Positions 8,261 through 17,369 of a stretch of 32,000 nt of DNA are shown one piece after another (positions within the stretch are counted from its first letter, which is position 1; the number at the start of each line of letters is the position of its first letter). A model generated the notes under the pieces. The model did not search any database. It was not told the DNA's origin and worked only from the letters and a program-made list of their open reading frames with translations. Both the position numbers and the translations under genes were made by a program. Origin of the DNA: Caldivirga maquilingensis IC-167 (GTDB lineage: Archaea; Thermoproteota; Thermoprotei; Thermoproteales; Thermocladiaceae); contig NC_009954.1 in NCBI RefSeq assembly GCF_000018305.1, forward strand, positions 990,001-1,022,000, in the 5' to 3' direction.

Positions 8261-9379
8261 ATGAGTAATGAGGAATTCATAAACCTACTCAAGGAACTCT
8301 CCGAGGCGTTCGGTCCCTCTGGCTTTGAGGATGAGGTTAGGGAATTAGTGATTAAGGAAATGGAACCTTACGTGGATGAATTGGAGGTGGATAAATGGGG
8401 TAATGTTATTGGTGTTAGGTACGGTAGTAGGAGGGATCTTAAGGTAATGATTGCAGCCCATATGGATGAGATAGGTTTACTTATTGATAGTATTGATAAG
8501 AATGGTTTCCTAAGGTTTAGGGGTATTGGGGGATGGAATGAGGTAACTTTAGTTGGTCAAAGAGTAATCATTAAGACTCAGGATGGTGGAAAAATAAAAG
8601 GTGTAGTGGGTAGTAGGCCTCCGCATGTGACGCCTCCAGGAAAGGAGAGGGAGGCTCCGGAGATGAAGGAATTATTCATTGATATTGGGGCAAGTGATTC
8701 AAGTGAGGTTGAGAAACTTGGGGTGAGGGTTGGTTCAGTGGCGGTATTGGATAGGTCCTTTGAGGTCCTTAATAATGATACTGTAACCGGTAAGGCATTT
8801 GATGACAGGGTTGGGTTAGCTGTAATGCTGTGGATGCTTAGGCAATTAAAGAACCATGAGGTAACAGTGTACACTGTAGCCACTGTTCAAGAGGAGGTTG
8901 GGTTAAAGGGTGCGCAGGTTGCCGCTGACAGGGTTTACCCAGACTTCGCAATAGCCTTAGATACAACCATAGCTGCTGACGTACCTGGTGTATCTGAGCG
9001 TGAATACGTGTCTAGGCTTGGTGCAGGTCCAGCATTAAAAATAATGGATGGTGGAAGGGGCGGCTTATTCATAGCCCACCCAGGCTTAACTAACTACATT
9101 ATTAATATAGCTAAGGCTAATAATGTGCCGTATCAATTAGAGGTATTGATTGGAGGCACCACTGATGCTGCTGGTATAGCCTTAAGGAGGGATGGAATAC
9201 CTGCAGCAACAATCTCAATACCCACCAGGTACGTTCACTCACCTGTGGAGGTGCTTAAGGTAAGTGATGCAGTTAATGCATCAAGACTACTCACGCTAGT
9301 GGTTCAAGGGGCTAATGAAGGGTTAATAAGCAGTCTTAGGAGTAGGGTGATTAAGGGTGTTGGGTTTAAGGTGACTTGA
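8261..9379 (+). CDS. M42-family metallo-aminopeptidase (TET/FrvX-type)
   Basis: N-terminus LLKELSEAFGPSGFEDEVR, metal-ligand contexts AHMDEIG, FDDRVG and QEEVGLKGA, and C-terminal RYVHSP. All are typical of M42. Confidence 0.85.
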   Translation: MSNEEFINLLKELSEAFGPSGFEDEVRELVIKEMEPYVDELEVDKWGNVIGVRYGSRRDLKVMIAAHMDEIGLLIDSIDKNGFLRFRGIGGWNEVTLVGQRVIIKTQDGGKIKGVVGSRPPHVTPPGKEREAPEMKELFIDIGASDSSEVEKLGVRVGSVAVLDRSFEVLNNDTVTGKAFDDRVGLAVMLWMLRQLKNHEVTVYTVATVQEEVGLKGAQVAADRVYPDFAIALDTTIAADVPGVSEREYVSRLGAGPALKIMDGGRGGLFIAHPGLTNYIINIAKANNVPYQLEVLIGGTTDAAGIALRRDGIPAATISIPTRYVHSPVEVLKVSDAVNASRLLTLVVQGANEGLISSLRSRVIKGVGFKVT

Positions 9380-9411
9380 AAACTTAATAACTCATGTGTT
9401 AGCTTACATTA

Positions 9412-10392
9412 ATGTACCCGGTAATTGACTTACATGAGGACATAGCGTATCACTTAATGTTTGGTTCCAGGGTTCAGGACTTCAATATTGATGCTGAGGG
9501 TAGGCAGTCTGATATCCCCAAGCTTAAGCGTGCTAATGTTAAGGTAATCTTCGCCTCAGTATTCCCCATATTAACTACCTATAGTCCTAGCCAGGATGAG
9601 GCAAGGGTGCGTTCCTCATTACCCTACTCAACTAAGGGTGTTGCCCTTGAAATGGTTAAAACCTATTATAGACTCATTGATAGGTTTAATGACTCATTAT
9701 CCTTAATTAATAATGTTGAGGATATTAATAATATCTTTAACACCAGTAAGATAGGTCTCCTAATATCAATGGAGGGTGCTGACGCCTTAGAGGATCCATA
9801 TGACTTAGTTATCTTCCATAGACTCGGCGTTAATTCCATAGGAATTACGTGGAATTTTGATAATAAGTATGGGGCAACGTGCTTCACTAAGAAGGATTAC
9901 GGATTAACAAATTATGGAGAGGAATTAGTTAAGTTAGCTAATAGGATTGGGGTTATTGTTGACCTAGCCCACGCGAGTAGGAGAACAATGATTGATGCAT
10001 TATCAATCTCCAGGAAGCCTGTGGTGATAAGTCATAGTAACTCTAAGGCAGTTAATAATCACCCAAGGAATACTGATGATGAGGTACTTGAGTTACTTAA
10101 AAGTAATGGCGGGGTAATAGGTGTAACCATGATTCCTGAAACGATAGGACCCAAGCCGGCTGTTGATTCATTAATACAGCATATCAAGCATATACGTGAC
10201 ACGTTTGGAGCTGAGGTATTGGCATTAGGCACAGATTACTTAGGCATTAGCAGTACACCTCAGGGGCTTGATAATATAGCGGATATTAGTAGGCTTGTTA
10301 ATGGGTTATTAAATGCTGGATTCAGTGAAAGGGAGGTGAGTGGTTTACTTTATGATAATGCATTGAGGGTAATTAAGGCAAATTTAACTTAA
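9412..10392 (+). CDS. Membrane-dipeptidase-family (M19) metallopeptidase
   Basis: IDLHEDIAYH at the N-terminus (HxD metal site), ISMEGADAL, VDLAHAS, and VISHSNSKAVNNHPRNTDDEVL (the family SHS..HPRN motif). Confidence 0.85.
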   Translation: MYPVIDLHEDIAYHLMFGSRVQDFNIDAEGRQSDIPKLKRANVKVIFASVFPILTTYSPSQDEARVRSSLPYSTKGVALEMVKTYYRLIDRFNDSLSLINNVEDINNIFNTSKIGLLISMEGADALEDPYDLVIFHRLGVNSIGITWNFDNKYGATCFTKKDYGLTNYGEELVKLANRIGVIVDLAHASRRTMIDALSISRKPVVISHSNSKAVNNHPRNTDDEVLELLKSNGGVIGVTMIPETIGPKPAVDSLIQHIKHIRDTFGAEVLALGTDYLGISSTPQGLDNIADISRLVNGLLNAGFSEREVSGLLYDNALRVIKANLT

Positions 10393-10509
10393 GCCACAGT
10401 CATTAAACTCATGGGTAATGAGGCCTTTAAATAATTAAATTAAGTAGTATAGGGCACCAGTTATACTGCCTCACTTACCGCAGGGGAATTAAGTCCTTTA
10501 ATGTGAAGG

Positions 10510-10977
10510 TTACTTCTTCTCCTCAATGACTCTAATGGATTTAATGGGTAAGGTTACAGGTATGTTGGTTGCAGTATCGAATAGTAGTAGTTTAACCGTG
10601 TTGTTCTTCTCATCAACATCAACAACCTTAGCCTTAAATCCCCTGAATGGTTCCGTTATTATCTCCACGACATCATTGATTTGAACCTTAATCTCCCTCT
10701 TAATCATCTTCATTAATTCAGTTAAGGGAACCTTACCCATCATTAATCCCCTATACTGTTTTATGCCGGTTGATAGGTCAATGGCCACGTAGGAATGAGG
10801 GGTCTCTAGGTAAACCTGTCCCTGCACATTAGGTGGGACAACTATTGATGGTACATTATAGTACTTCCTCTTATCCTTCTCCATTAACTCAAGCCTAGTC
10901 CTAATAATGGCTGCAACATTATACTCCTGACCAGCAATAACTCTTACACCAATGAAGACGCACTTATCCTCCTGCAT
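10510..10977 (-). CDS. spt5: Transcription elongation factor Spt5 (archaeal NusG)
   Basis: NGN domain (VFIGVRVIAGQEYNVAAII) plus a C-terminal KOW motif (DVVEIITEPFRGFKAKVVDVDEKNNTVKLLL). 155 aa. Confidence 0.9.
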   Translation of the reverse strand: MQEDKCVFIGVRVIAGQEYNVAAIIRTRLELMEKDKRKYYNVPSIVVPPNVQGQVYLETPHSYVAIDLSTGIKQYRGLMMGKVPLTELMKMIKREIKVQINDVVEIITEPFRGFKAKVVDVDEKNNTVKLLLFDTATNIPVTLPIKSIRVIEEKK

Positions 10978-11099
10978 GAATTAAGAGTATTCAATAATTG
11001 TTAATAAGGTTTTCTAAACATTAATAATCATGGGTGAAATACACGTCTCGAGTCAAGGATCATTACCTAACGCAGCATCATGCATGTAATCACTGCAAC

Positions 11100-11834
11100 T
11101 TAATTTAATAAACCCAGGGACCTGAGGATTAGGTTAAATGAATCATGACTTGGCTTAACCTTATATAATCTAAGTAATTTAATTAACGCATTAGTGTCCT
11201 GTAGGTTAAGGGCATTCCTAACCTTAGCCTGTAATGCTCCTTTACTGAGAATGAGTGCACTTACCAGTTGAGTAACATTGGTTATTGATTTAGTGAACAC
11301 GCTTGCACTTTCGAAATCAATTATGTAAACTCTATTACTGATAATTACGTGTTCCCGAATCCTACTTAGTTCACTGTGGATTAACCCTATTGAATCAAGC
11401 CTAAAACCCTGCATTAATAGATCCTTAACCACAGCCTTAATTGAATCATGGTTAGCTTGATTAAGGTAAACCCCTAATGGCACCCCATTAATGTACTCCA
11501 TTACTATAACATCATTAGTGTGATTAATTAGAAGAGGACCTACGTTAACTTCATTAGCTAGCTTAAGGTTACGTGCCTCATTAATAAGGCTGGGCCTTGG
11601 GGAATCAGGTCTCCTTATTTTGCATGCGTAATAGCCCTCAAGATTACTCACCCTGCACTTTAAAACAAAACTATTCTGTCCCTTACCAAGTAACTTAAGG
11701 CCACCTATGAATTCAATAGATCCCTCATTAATTAACTCAGTAATGTTCAAGCTTCTTAACTGCTTAAGTACATTATCAACATAGTTACTTGAGTAACCAA
11801 TGCTACTGCATAATTTAATGAATAACTCATACAC
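11100..11834 (-). CDS. Atypical (RIO/Bud32-like) serine/threonine protein kinase
   Basis: Gly-loop LGKGQNSFVLKC, the ACKIRR lysine, hinge VIVMEYINGVPL, catalytic region HSELSRIREHVII...IIDFESA. N-terminal wHTH-like segment. Confidence 0.6.
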   Translation of the reverse strand: MYELFIKLCSSIGYSSNYVDNVLKQLRSLNITELINEGSIEFIGGLKLLGKGQNSFVLKCRVSNLEGYYACKIRRPDSPRPSLINEARNLKLANEVNVGPLLINHTNDVIVMEYINGVPLGVYLNQANHDSIKAVVKDLLMQGFRLDSIGLIHSELSRIREHVIISNRVYIIDFESASVFTKSITNVTQLVSALILSKGALQAKVRNALNLQDTNALIKLLRLYKVKPSHDSFNLILRSLGLLN

Positions 11835-11993
11835 GGTGACTTTTACCTAAACTGTGGTTTTAAAGCCGTATCTCCATCATTACTGTAGCCTCCAATTACT
11901 AAACGTACCCTATTTTACGCCGTGGTAATTAAGCACTTAACACTGGGTTTTCGGGAATAGTTATTAAGTTAGTTTAAAGGCCGATTAACAAGT

Positions 11994-13199
11994 ATGAGCA
12001 TAATTGAGGATGCTAGGAAGGCATTATTGAAGTATCCATTATGTGACCACTGTTTAGGTAGGTTATTCGCATCAAGAGGCCTCATGATTAGTAATGAGGA
12101 GCGTGGTAGATCTATAAAGAATGTACTCTTCATGGAGTCTTTAAACTCCTCAACAGGCACGTATAATGAGGATACCTTGGTGGCGTTGGCTAAAAGTGGG
12201 CATAGGGAAAGCTTACTATTCCTGAGAAGAATGGGTAAGGTCATTGAGCAGCAGCCATGCTTCATCTGCGGTAATCTATTTGATAAAATTAATATTAATG
12301 ATATTGTTAGTAAGGTTGAGGAGGAAATTAATAGACAGGGTATTGAGTTTAATAGTTTTCAAGTAGGTTCAACAGTCAATAAGGGGGTAATTGAGAATGA
12401 GGTTAAGGTATCGACGGAATTAGGCATAACAAGCAGTGAATCAATTAAGAGGGAATTAAATAGGTTGATTGGTAAGGTATTAGCAGATAAGCTGGGTAAA
12501 AGATACAGTAGGCTAAACCCAGATGTAGTGATTAAGGTGAATACTAGTGATGGTTCAGTAAGCGTTGAGGTTATGCCAATCTACATTGAGGCCAGGTATA
12601 GGAAGCTAATTAGGGGAATACCACAGGTTGGGGACTCCTCAGTGGCAAGTGTAGCTAGGGAGGTGGTGAGTGAGTTAAGGCCATTAAACGTGGTGCTTCA
12701 CTTCGCCGGTATTGAGGGGCCTGAGGTGAGGGTGCTTGGGTTAGGGAGACCAATGATTATTGAGGCCACTAGACCCCTAAGGAGAAGCCTACCTGGGGGC
12801 ATTATTACTAGGCATGGGGTTCAGTTACTTAACCTTAAGGCCGCTGGTAAGGTTCAGGTTAGGGAAATTAAGTCTAAGGCAGGTGAATTAAGGAGGGTTT
12901 TCAGGATTCTAGTTAAGTTACATGGTAGTGTTACTGATGAGCAGTTAAGGAGCCTTGAGGATTACTTCAGTAATAGGCAGATTAGGCAAAGCATGGGTAA
13001 GGGTAGGAGGGTTAAGTTGATTTACGGCTTGAAGGTGGTGCCGGTGCACGGTAGTATCCTTGAATTAATAGTGAATACGCAGGGCGGCTTCAGTGTAAGG
13101 AGATTCATTACCGGTGAGGGTACGGAACCATCAGTATCAGGAACATTAGGCATTAAGGTTACCCCCATTGAGATTGATATACTTAATATCTGGCACTAA
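11994..13199 (+). CDS. pus10: tRNA pseudouridine(54/55) synthase Pus10
   Basis: N-terminal Zn-ribbon cysteines (CDHCLGRLF ... CFICGNLF), a THUMP-like middle region, and a C-terminal catalytic domain with the FAGIEGPEVRVLG segment. Size is typical of archaeal Pus10. Confidence 0.9.
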   Translation: MSIIEDARKALLKYPLCDHCLGRLFASRGLMISNEERGRSIKNVLFMESLNSSTGTYNEDTLVALAKSGHRESLLFLRRMGKVIEQQPCFICGNLFDKININDIVSKVEEEINRQGIEFNSFQVGSTVNKGVIENEVKVSTELGITSSESIKRELNRLIGKVLADKLGKRYSRLNPDVVIKVNTSDGSVSVEVMPIYIEARYRKLIRGIPQVGDSSVASVAREVVSELRPLNVVLHFAGIEGPEVRVLGLGRPMIIEATRPLRRSLPGGIITRHGVQLLNLKAAGKVQVREIKSKAGELRRVFRILVKLHGSVTDEQLRSLEDYFSNRQIRQSMGKGRRVKLIYGLKVVPVHGSILELIVNTQGGFSVRRFITGEGTEPSVSGTLGIKVTPIEIDILNIWH

Positions 13200-13207
13200 A
13201 ACCCCCA

Positions 13208-13957
13208 CTAGCCCACCCTCCTGGCTAGTAAACCATACTCATTCTCACTAATTATGGTGAAGCCCGCTCTCCTTAACCTCTCAATAACACCACGCTTAAC
13301 ACTACGTCCCCTATACTTAATCCCAGTCATTGGTACATAATGGTACAGTAAACCACCCCTCTTCAATAACCTACTGTAAATCCTGTAAAGCTCCTCGGAG
13401 TATAGGGTTGTGAATCTTTTAGTGGGCCTGGGTGGGTCATGGATTATGAGGTCGAATACTGAATCCCTAATCCACTCAGCGGCTTCATAAATATCCCCAA
13501 GCACCAAATCAACCCTAGGGTCCATTAAGTGGCTGCTCCAGGGATTATACCTAGCTAGTTCAATTACATTATCATCAGCCTCCACGGTCACAACCCTCCT
13601 AGCACCCTTCCTAAGCGCCACCAGTGTGGTGTAGCCTAATCCAGTGCAGCAGTCTAAGACAATCCCCCTCACCCTCACTCCCCTTAACTTAACGTAACTG
13701 TAGCTTAATGGGTCACTCATCATAGTGTGCATCACTATCCCATCAATAACCAATGTTGGCGCCCACCCCTTATTTGAGGAGCATAACTTGTAACTATGCC
13801 CATTTGACTCAATGTACAGTCTAATTAGTGACTCCCCACTCCTAGTGAAGAGAGGCTTACACTGCTCCTGCCTATACTTCATTACTAATGACTCCTCATT
13901 AATATCCCAGTAAGTGTATGTGGTTTCTGATTTAGGCTTGAAGCTAATGATCCTCAA
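13208..13957 (-). CDS. Class I SAM-dependent methyltransferase (predicted archaeal RNA/amino-group methyltransferase)
   Basis: Motif I VLDCCTGLGYTT and motif IV IHDPPR. TTG start. Confidence 0.7.
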   Translation of the reverse strand: MRIISFKPKSETTYTYWDINEESLVMKYRQEQCKPLFTRSGESLIRLYIESNGHSYKLCSSNKGWAPTLVIDGIVMHTMMSDPLSYSYVKLRGVRVRGIVLDCCTGLGYTTLVALRKGARRVVTVEADDNVIELARYNPWSSHLMDPRVDLVLGDIYEAAEWIRDSVFDLIIHDPPRPTKRFTTLYSEELYRIYSRLLKRGGLLYHYVPMTGIKYRGRSVKRGVIERLRRAGFTIISENEYGLLARRVG

Positions 13958-14027
13958 GGCTTAACCCTGGGTATTTTAGAAAAACGGTTTTAAAGCTCAC
14001 GTGTATTGGTTAGCTTAAGCACCAGTA

Positions 14028-14939
14028 ATGAGGGAGCTTAAGTTAAAGGTTAGGAGACTAGTGGAGAAGATGGTTATGGTTGATGATGTTCCTGAGGATG
14101 TTGTTAATGATGTCGTAAGTGAGTTGGGCTACTACGTGAAGAGTGGTTACTCTGATGAATTAGCTGAACGCCTAGTATTATCATATAGGGAGAGGATAAT
14201 GAGTAGGCTTATGAGTAATATAAAACAGCACATGCCTGGAAGAGGAGGCATAGAGAAGGTTTTACCATTCCTGCTTAGGGAGTCCCTTGAGGAAATGGGC
14301 TTATCAGGCTACGTTTCACCAATGCTTTACGGGCAGCCGGTGGATTTAACGATAAGCATGGGTGCATTCCATGCACCGGTGATTATAATTGGGTATAAGG
14401 CAAGTAGAAAGGACTTGTACAGGATTAGTAGGCTTAGAAGCATGGGTATTAACCCAATGGTTGTGTCCCTTGATAATAACTTTAAGGATGCGGTTAAGTT
14501 TAAGGTTGATTACTTAAATGAACCAAAGTACTATAGGGTTATTATTGCTGGTGAATCGTTAAAGAGACTATTAGGTTCAGTAAGCCTAATCAGCGGTAGA
14601 TCACTAAGACCCAGTAGGAGCATGGAGATTACTTACATGCTTTGGAGCGGGTTAAGGAGAATGGGTTACCTGGTTGTTCCAGGTAAGAGAATAAGTGACC
14701 TTGAGGTTTACGGCTTCGGCAGGTACTTAATTAGGATTCAGGGTAAACCCACAATGTGGGACCCATACTATAGGAAATTCAACACAGTGTTAATAATAAC
14801 AGGTAGCAATGGGATTAGGGTGAAGGACTCAGTGATTATAATGGGTTTTAATTACCTTGAGAAGCTGGTTAATGAGTCAGGGCTAAGGATGAGTAGCCTA
14901 AGGAGGCTGGTATCCAGAGAAGGAGACCACATTGAATAA
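14028..14939 (+). CDS. Hypothetical protein (303 aa), no family recognised
   Basis: Long ORF with protein-like composition and the window's codon bias. No motif I can name. Confidence 0.5.
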   Translation: MRELKLKVRRLVEKMVMVDDVPEDVVNDVVSELGYYVKSGYSDELAERLVLSYRERIMSRLMSNIKQHMPGRGGIEKVLPFLLRESLEEMGLSGYVSPMLYGQPVDLTISMGAFHAPVIIIGYKASRKDLYRISRLRSMGINPMVVSLDNNFKDAVKFKVDYLNEPKYYRVIIAGESLKRLLGSVSLISGRSLRPSRSMEITYMLWSGLRRMGYLVVPGKRISDLEVYGFGRYLIRIQGKPTMWDPYYRKFNTVLIITGSNGIRVKDSVIIMGFNYLEKLVNESGLRMSSLRRLVSREGDHIE

Positions 14940-15236
14940 TCTTAGAATACCCACATACCACTTCGCAATACCCCTAGCTACAACATCAACGTAATCCACG
15001 TTCACGTTCCCCAAGTAATTCCTCACAACCTGCTCAGCAACCTCACCATTAATCCTAGGCTTAACGTATTGAATAAGTGCATCAAGAAGCTCGGCGTAAC
15101 TTCTCCTAGTCTCAGCATACTCCCTACCTATCTTAAAAACATCATCACTCGGTATTATTAAGTCAACATACTGCCTTAACCCCCTCTTCATTAACTCATT
15201 AATATACTCAACCACTATCGGGTCAGTGGGTTGCAT
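14898..15236 (-). CDS. Hypothetical protein (112 aa)
   Basis: Helical-looking ORF with a TATA-like CTTTAATAAAAC upstream on the minus strand. Its 3' end overlaps the convergent gene by 42 nt. Confidence 0.4.
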   Translation of the reverse strand: MQPTDPIVVEYINELMKRGLRQYVDLIIPSDDVFKIGREYAETRRSYAELLDALIQYVKPRINGEVAEQVVRNYLGNVNVDYVDVVARGIAKWYVGILRLFNVVSFSGYQPP

Positions 15237-15494
15237 TACTTAATGCGTGGAGTCGATGCTTATTAGTTTTATTAAAGCGTGATTTACGTCCGCATTACTA
15301 ATGTTGCTGTTAAGTTAATTACAATACTGGGTATTCATAACTTACCATCAATCCCATTACAACACCCCTGCGGCCTCGCCTTTTCAGGGTGCGGATATTG
15401 AAGCGTAAATAAAATCTTAAAGGTGGGTGGCTTAGCGGTCTTACAGTTAATAGGTTGAACTAATGCTTAAATAATTAACCATAATGGACGCCGT

Positions 15495-16379
15495 GTGGCA
15501 AGTAAGGTAACCGGTGTCGTTAAGTTAGGTAGGATGGAGCACGGTTTATTAGCCGCAATAACCGTGGTGGCCTCCTATTACGTTTCCGGTGGACGTAATG
15601 GTTACGTGTCCTTAATATTGTTTGCATCAACATTCTTCGCTGAGGTATTCCTCTTCGTAACAAATGATATTCACAATATTAATGAGGATAGGATTAACAG
15701 GCCAAACGCACCCTTAGTGATGGGGGTGGTTACATTTAGGGAGGCCCTCTGGTTAGGGTTAGTATCCTTAGTACTATCCTTTATTCAAGTAATACCTGTA
15801 GTCATGGATTGGGCTAATTCACTCTCATTAATAGTACTGGCAACAGCATTAGTGCTTGGTTACCTGTATAATTCAAGGCTTAAGCGGGTAATGATTATTA
15901 ACAATGTGGTGGTTGCGTTGGTTACATCATTAACATACCTTTACGGCTTAGCCTCAGTAAAGGTGATTAAGCCTCAGCCATCATTATTCATAACCCTACT
16001 CTTCCTAACCACAGTGGTTGCCACATTAGGTAGGGAAATAGTGAAGGGTTCACTTGATTATGAGGGGGACTTAAAGGTGGGTGTACGTACGATAGCTACT
16101 ACGTATGGGAGGGATACCGCTAATAAGGCTGGTTCAATAGTGATGATGATTGCAGTCGCATTATCTATTCCATTAATAATCGTATCATCAGCTGTCCTAG
16201 GTAGGTTTAGCTCATTATTCATAATCTTCATAATCCTAACCGACTCCTTAATCCTAACCCTCTCAATAAGGGTAATTAAAGGTAATTTAAGGTTGTTCAG
16301 GGAATTAAGCCTACTGGCAATGGGATTAACCCTAATTGGTCTAATGCTTTGCTCTCTGCTTATCTTCATCTACACTTAG
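15495..16379 (+). CDS. UbiA-family prenyltransferase, DGGGP-synthase-like
   Basis: About 8-9 TM helices. First Asp-rich motif NDIHNINEDRINRPNAPL and second region GREIVKGSLDYEGD. GTG start 25 nt downstream of a TATA (CTTAAATAATT). Confidence 0.8.
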   Translation: MASKVTGVVKLGRMEHGLLAAITVVASYYVSGGRNGYVSLILFASTFFAEVFLFVTNDIHNINEDRINRPNAPLVMGVVTFREALWLGLVSLVLSFIQVIPVVMDWANSLSLIVLATALVLGYLYNSRLKRVMIINNVVVALVTSLTYLYGLASVKVIKPQPSLFITLLFLTTVVATLGREIVKGSLDYEGDLKVGVRTIATTYGRDTANKAGSIVMMIAVALSIPLIIVSSAVLGRFSSLFIIFIILTDSLILTLSIRVIKGNLRLFRELSLLAMGLTLIGLMLCSLLIFIYT

Positions 16380-16751
16380 CTCTAATTCACTAGCCATAAT
16401 TCTATGAGCTATTATATGGCAGGGCACATCAATATTGCATGATGCGCCATCACCCATATTCCTCACCTTCTCAGCTGCATCAAGGCACTTCCCCATACTC
16501 CTTAATAATTCAATGATTAACCCTAAGCCTTTCCTAACGTATGGATCATTTAACGCCCTTAATATATCTCCAAGTCCATTAATAGGCTTAATCTCATGCT
16601 TAACATTAGATGATACACCATATAACGAACACATAATGCATTGAGTAGCTTCCCTAAGCGTAACATTTAACTCCTCCTTACTCATCTGTTGTAGGGCACT
16701 AAGCACTGCTTGAGTAACATCATTTATATTGACATCACTCATAATAAGCAT
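16341..16751 (-). CDS. DUF1641-like small protein
   Basis: Core GLGDILRALNDPYVRKGLGLIIELLRSMGK resembles the DUF1641 signature as I recall it. Overlaps the convergent UbiA gene by 39 nt. Confidence 0.5.
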   Translation of the reverse strand: MLIMSDVNINDVTQAVLSALQQMSKEELNVTLREATQCIMCSLYGVSSNVKHEIKPINGLGDILRALNDPYVRKGLGLIIELLRSMGKCLDAAEKVRNMGDGASCNIDVPCHIIAHRIMASELELSVDEDKQRAKH

Positions 16752-16820
16752 CTCAAAGCATTGTGTATAAACGTTTCTAGGTGGTTATTGCTTTAATATG
16801 AATTCATGATCTATGTATAA

Positions 16821-17075
16821 ATGTTATGGCTAGTTTATAAGGGAGTAGGGATTAAGCAAGATTACTTCACCTCCAAGAGAGGATTACCGAGGTTCCATTC
16901 CCTTGTTGATATAGTTAAAATAATTAGCGTGTTCAATGCATACAATAAAGCTAGAGGGGAAACTAAGAGATTGTATGAGAAGTTGTACCGTAGGCTTCTT
17001 CACTTGTATAGGAATTCAGCTTCTCTCTTCATGAGGGCGCTATATGATGATGCTTCGATTGTAATTATTGGTTAA
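16821..17075 (+). CDS. Hypothetical small basic protein (84 aa)
   Basis: ORF starts about 25 nt downstream of TTTAATAT (16793-16800). No recognisable family, so coding status is uncertain. Confidence 0.3.
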   Translation: MLWLVYKGVGIKQDYFTSKRGLPRFHSLVDIVKIISVFNAYNKARGETKRLYEKLYRRLLHLYRNSASLFMRALYDDASIVIIG

Positions 17076-17143
17076 TTAACCGTGAGCATGTGATAATGTG
17101 CCAAACATTTTAAAGTCTTATTGTTAAAGGCGCAGAATACGGT

Positions 17144-17257
17144 ATGAAGATTATGAAGATTGTTAAATATTTTCACTATCCTAAATACTGCGCTTATCAT
17201 GAGGTGGAAGTGAAGAGAAGGCTTAAGAGAGTAGTAACCTGTGGAAAAAAGACGTAG
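17144..17257 (+). CDS. Mini-ORF 1 (37 aa, MKIMKIVKYFHYPKYCAYHEVEVKRRLKRVVTCGKKT)
   Basis: ATG about 30 nt downstream of ATTTTAAAG (17108-17116). Ends just after an A6 tract. Confidence 0.2.
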   Translation: MKIMKIVKYFHYPKYCAYHEVEVKRRLKRVVTCGKKT

Positions 17258-17357
17258 GCTTAATTCGGACCTTAACGGTGCACTCAGCATCATGAAGAAG
17301 ACAATATGGGAAGTGATCACTAATGCTAAGACAGAATGTTTAATAGCCTTAACTTAA
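17241..17357 (+). CDS. Mini-ORF 2 (38 aa, GTG start), +1 frame, overlapping mini-ORF 1
   Basis: GTG at 17241 overlaps the A6 tract. The ORF ends 12 nt before the PurM-like gene. Confidence 0.2.
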   Translation: MEKRRRLNSDLNGALSIMKKTIWEVITNAKTECLIALT

Positions 17358-17369
17358 ACTAAGCATCAT

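Noticed and set aside
10433-10509. Possible small RNA or hairpin (AGTATA...TATACT, 10446-10467) in the 117-bp convergent spacer between the dipeptidase and Spt5 genes.
   Set aside because: It has only a 6-bp AT-rich stem and no boxes or GC island. A bidirectional termination region explains it adequately.
11969-12265. 98-aa minus-strand ORF overlapping the Pus10 N-terminus. Similar shadows lie at 8578-8883, 9666-9887, 16058-16369, 16435-16644, 17936-18133, 18910-19092, 22699-22899, 23946-24236, 26270-26455, 28189-28621 and 29723-29914.
   Set aside because: Each overlaps a well-supported gene on the other strand or in another frame, and none has a motif or promoter of its own.
17072-17320. 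82-aa minus-strand ORF in the low-coding region.
   Set aside because: Its Leu/Ser/Phe/His-rich translation looks non-protein-like. It lies antisense to the two + strand mini-ORFs, which have a TATA box.
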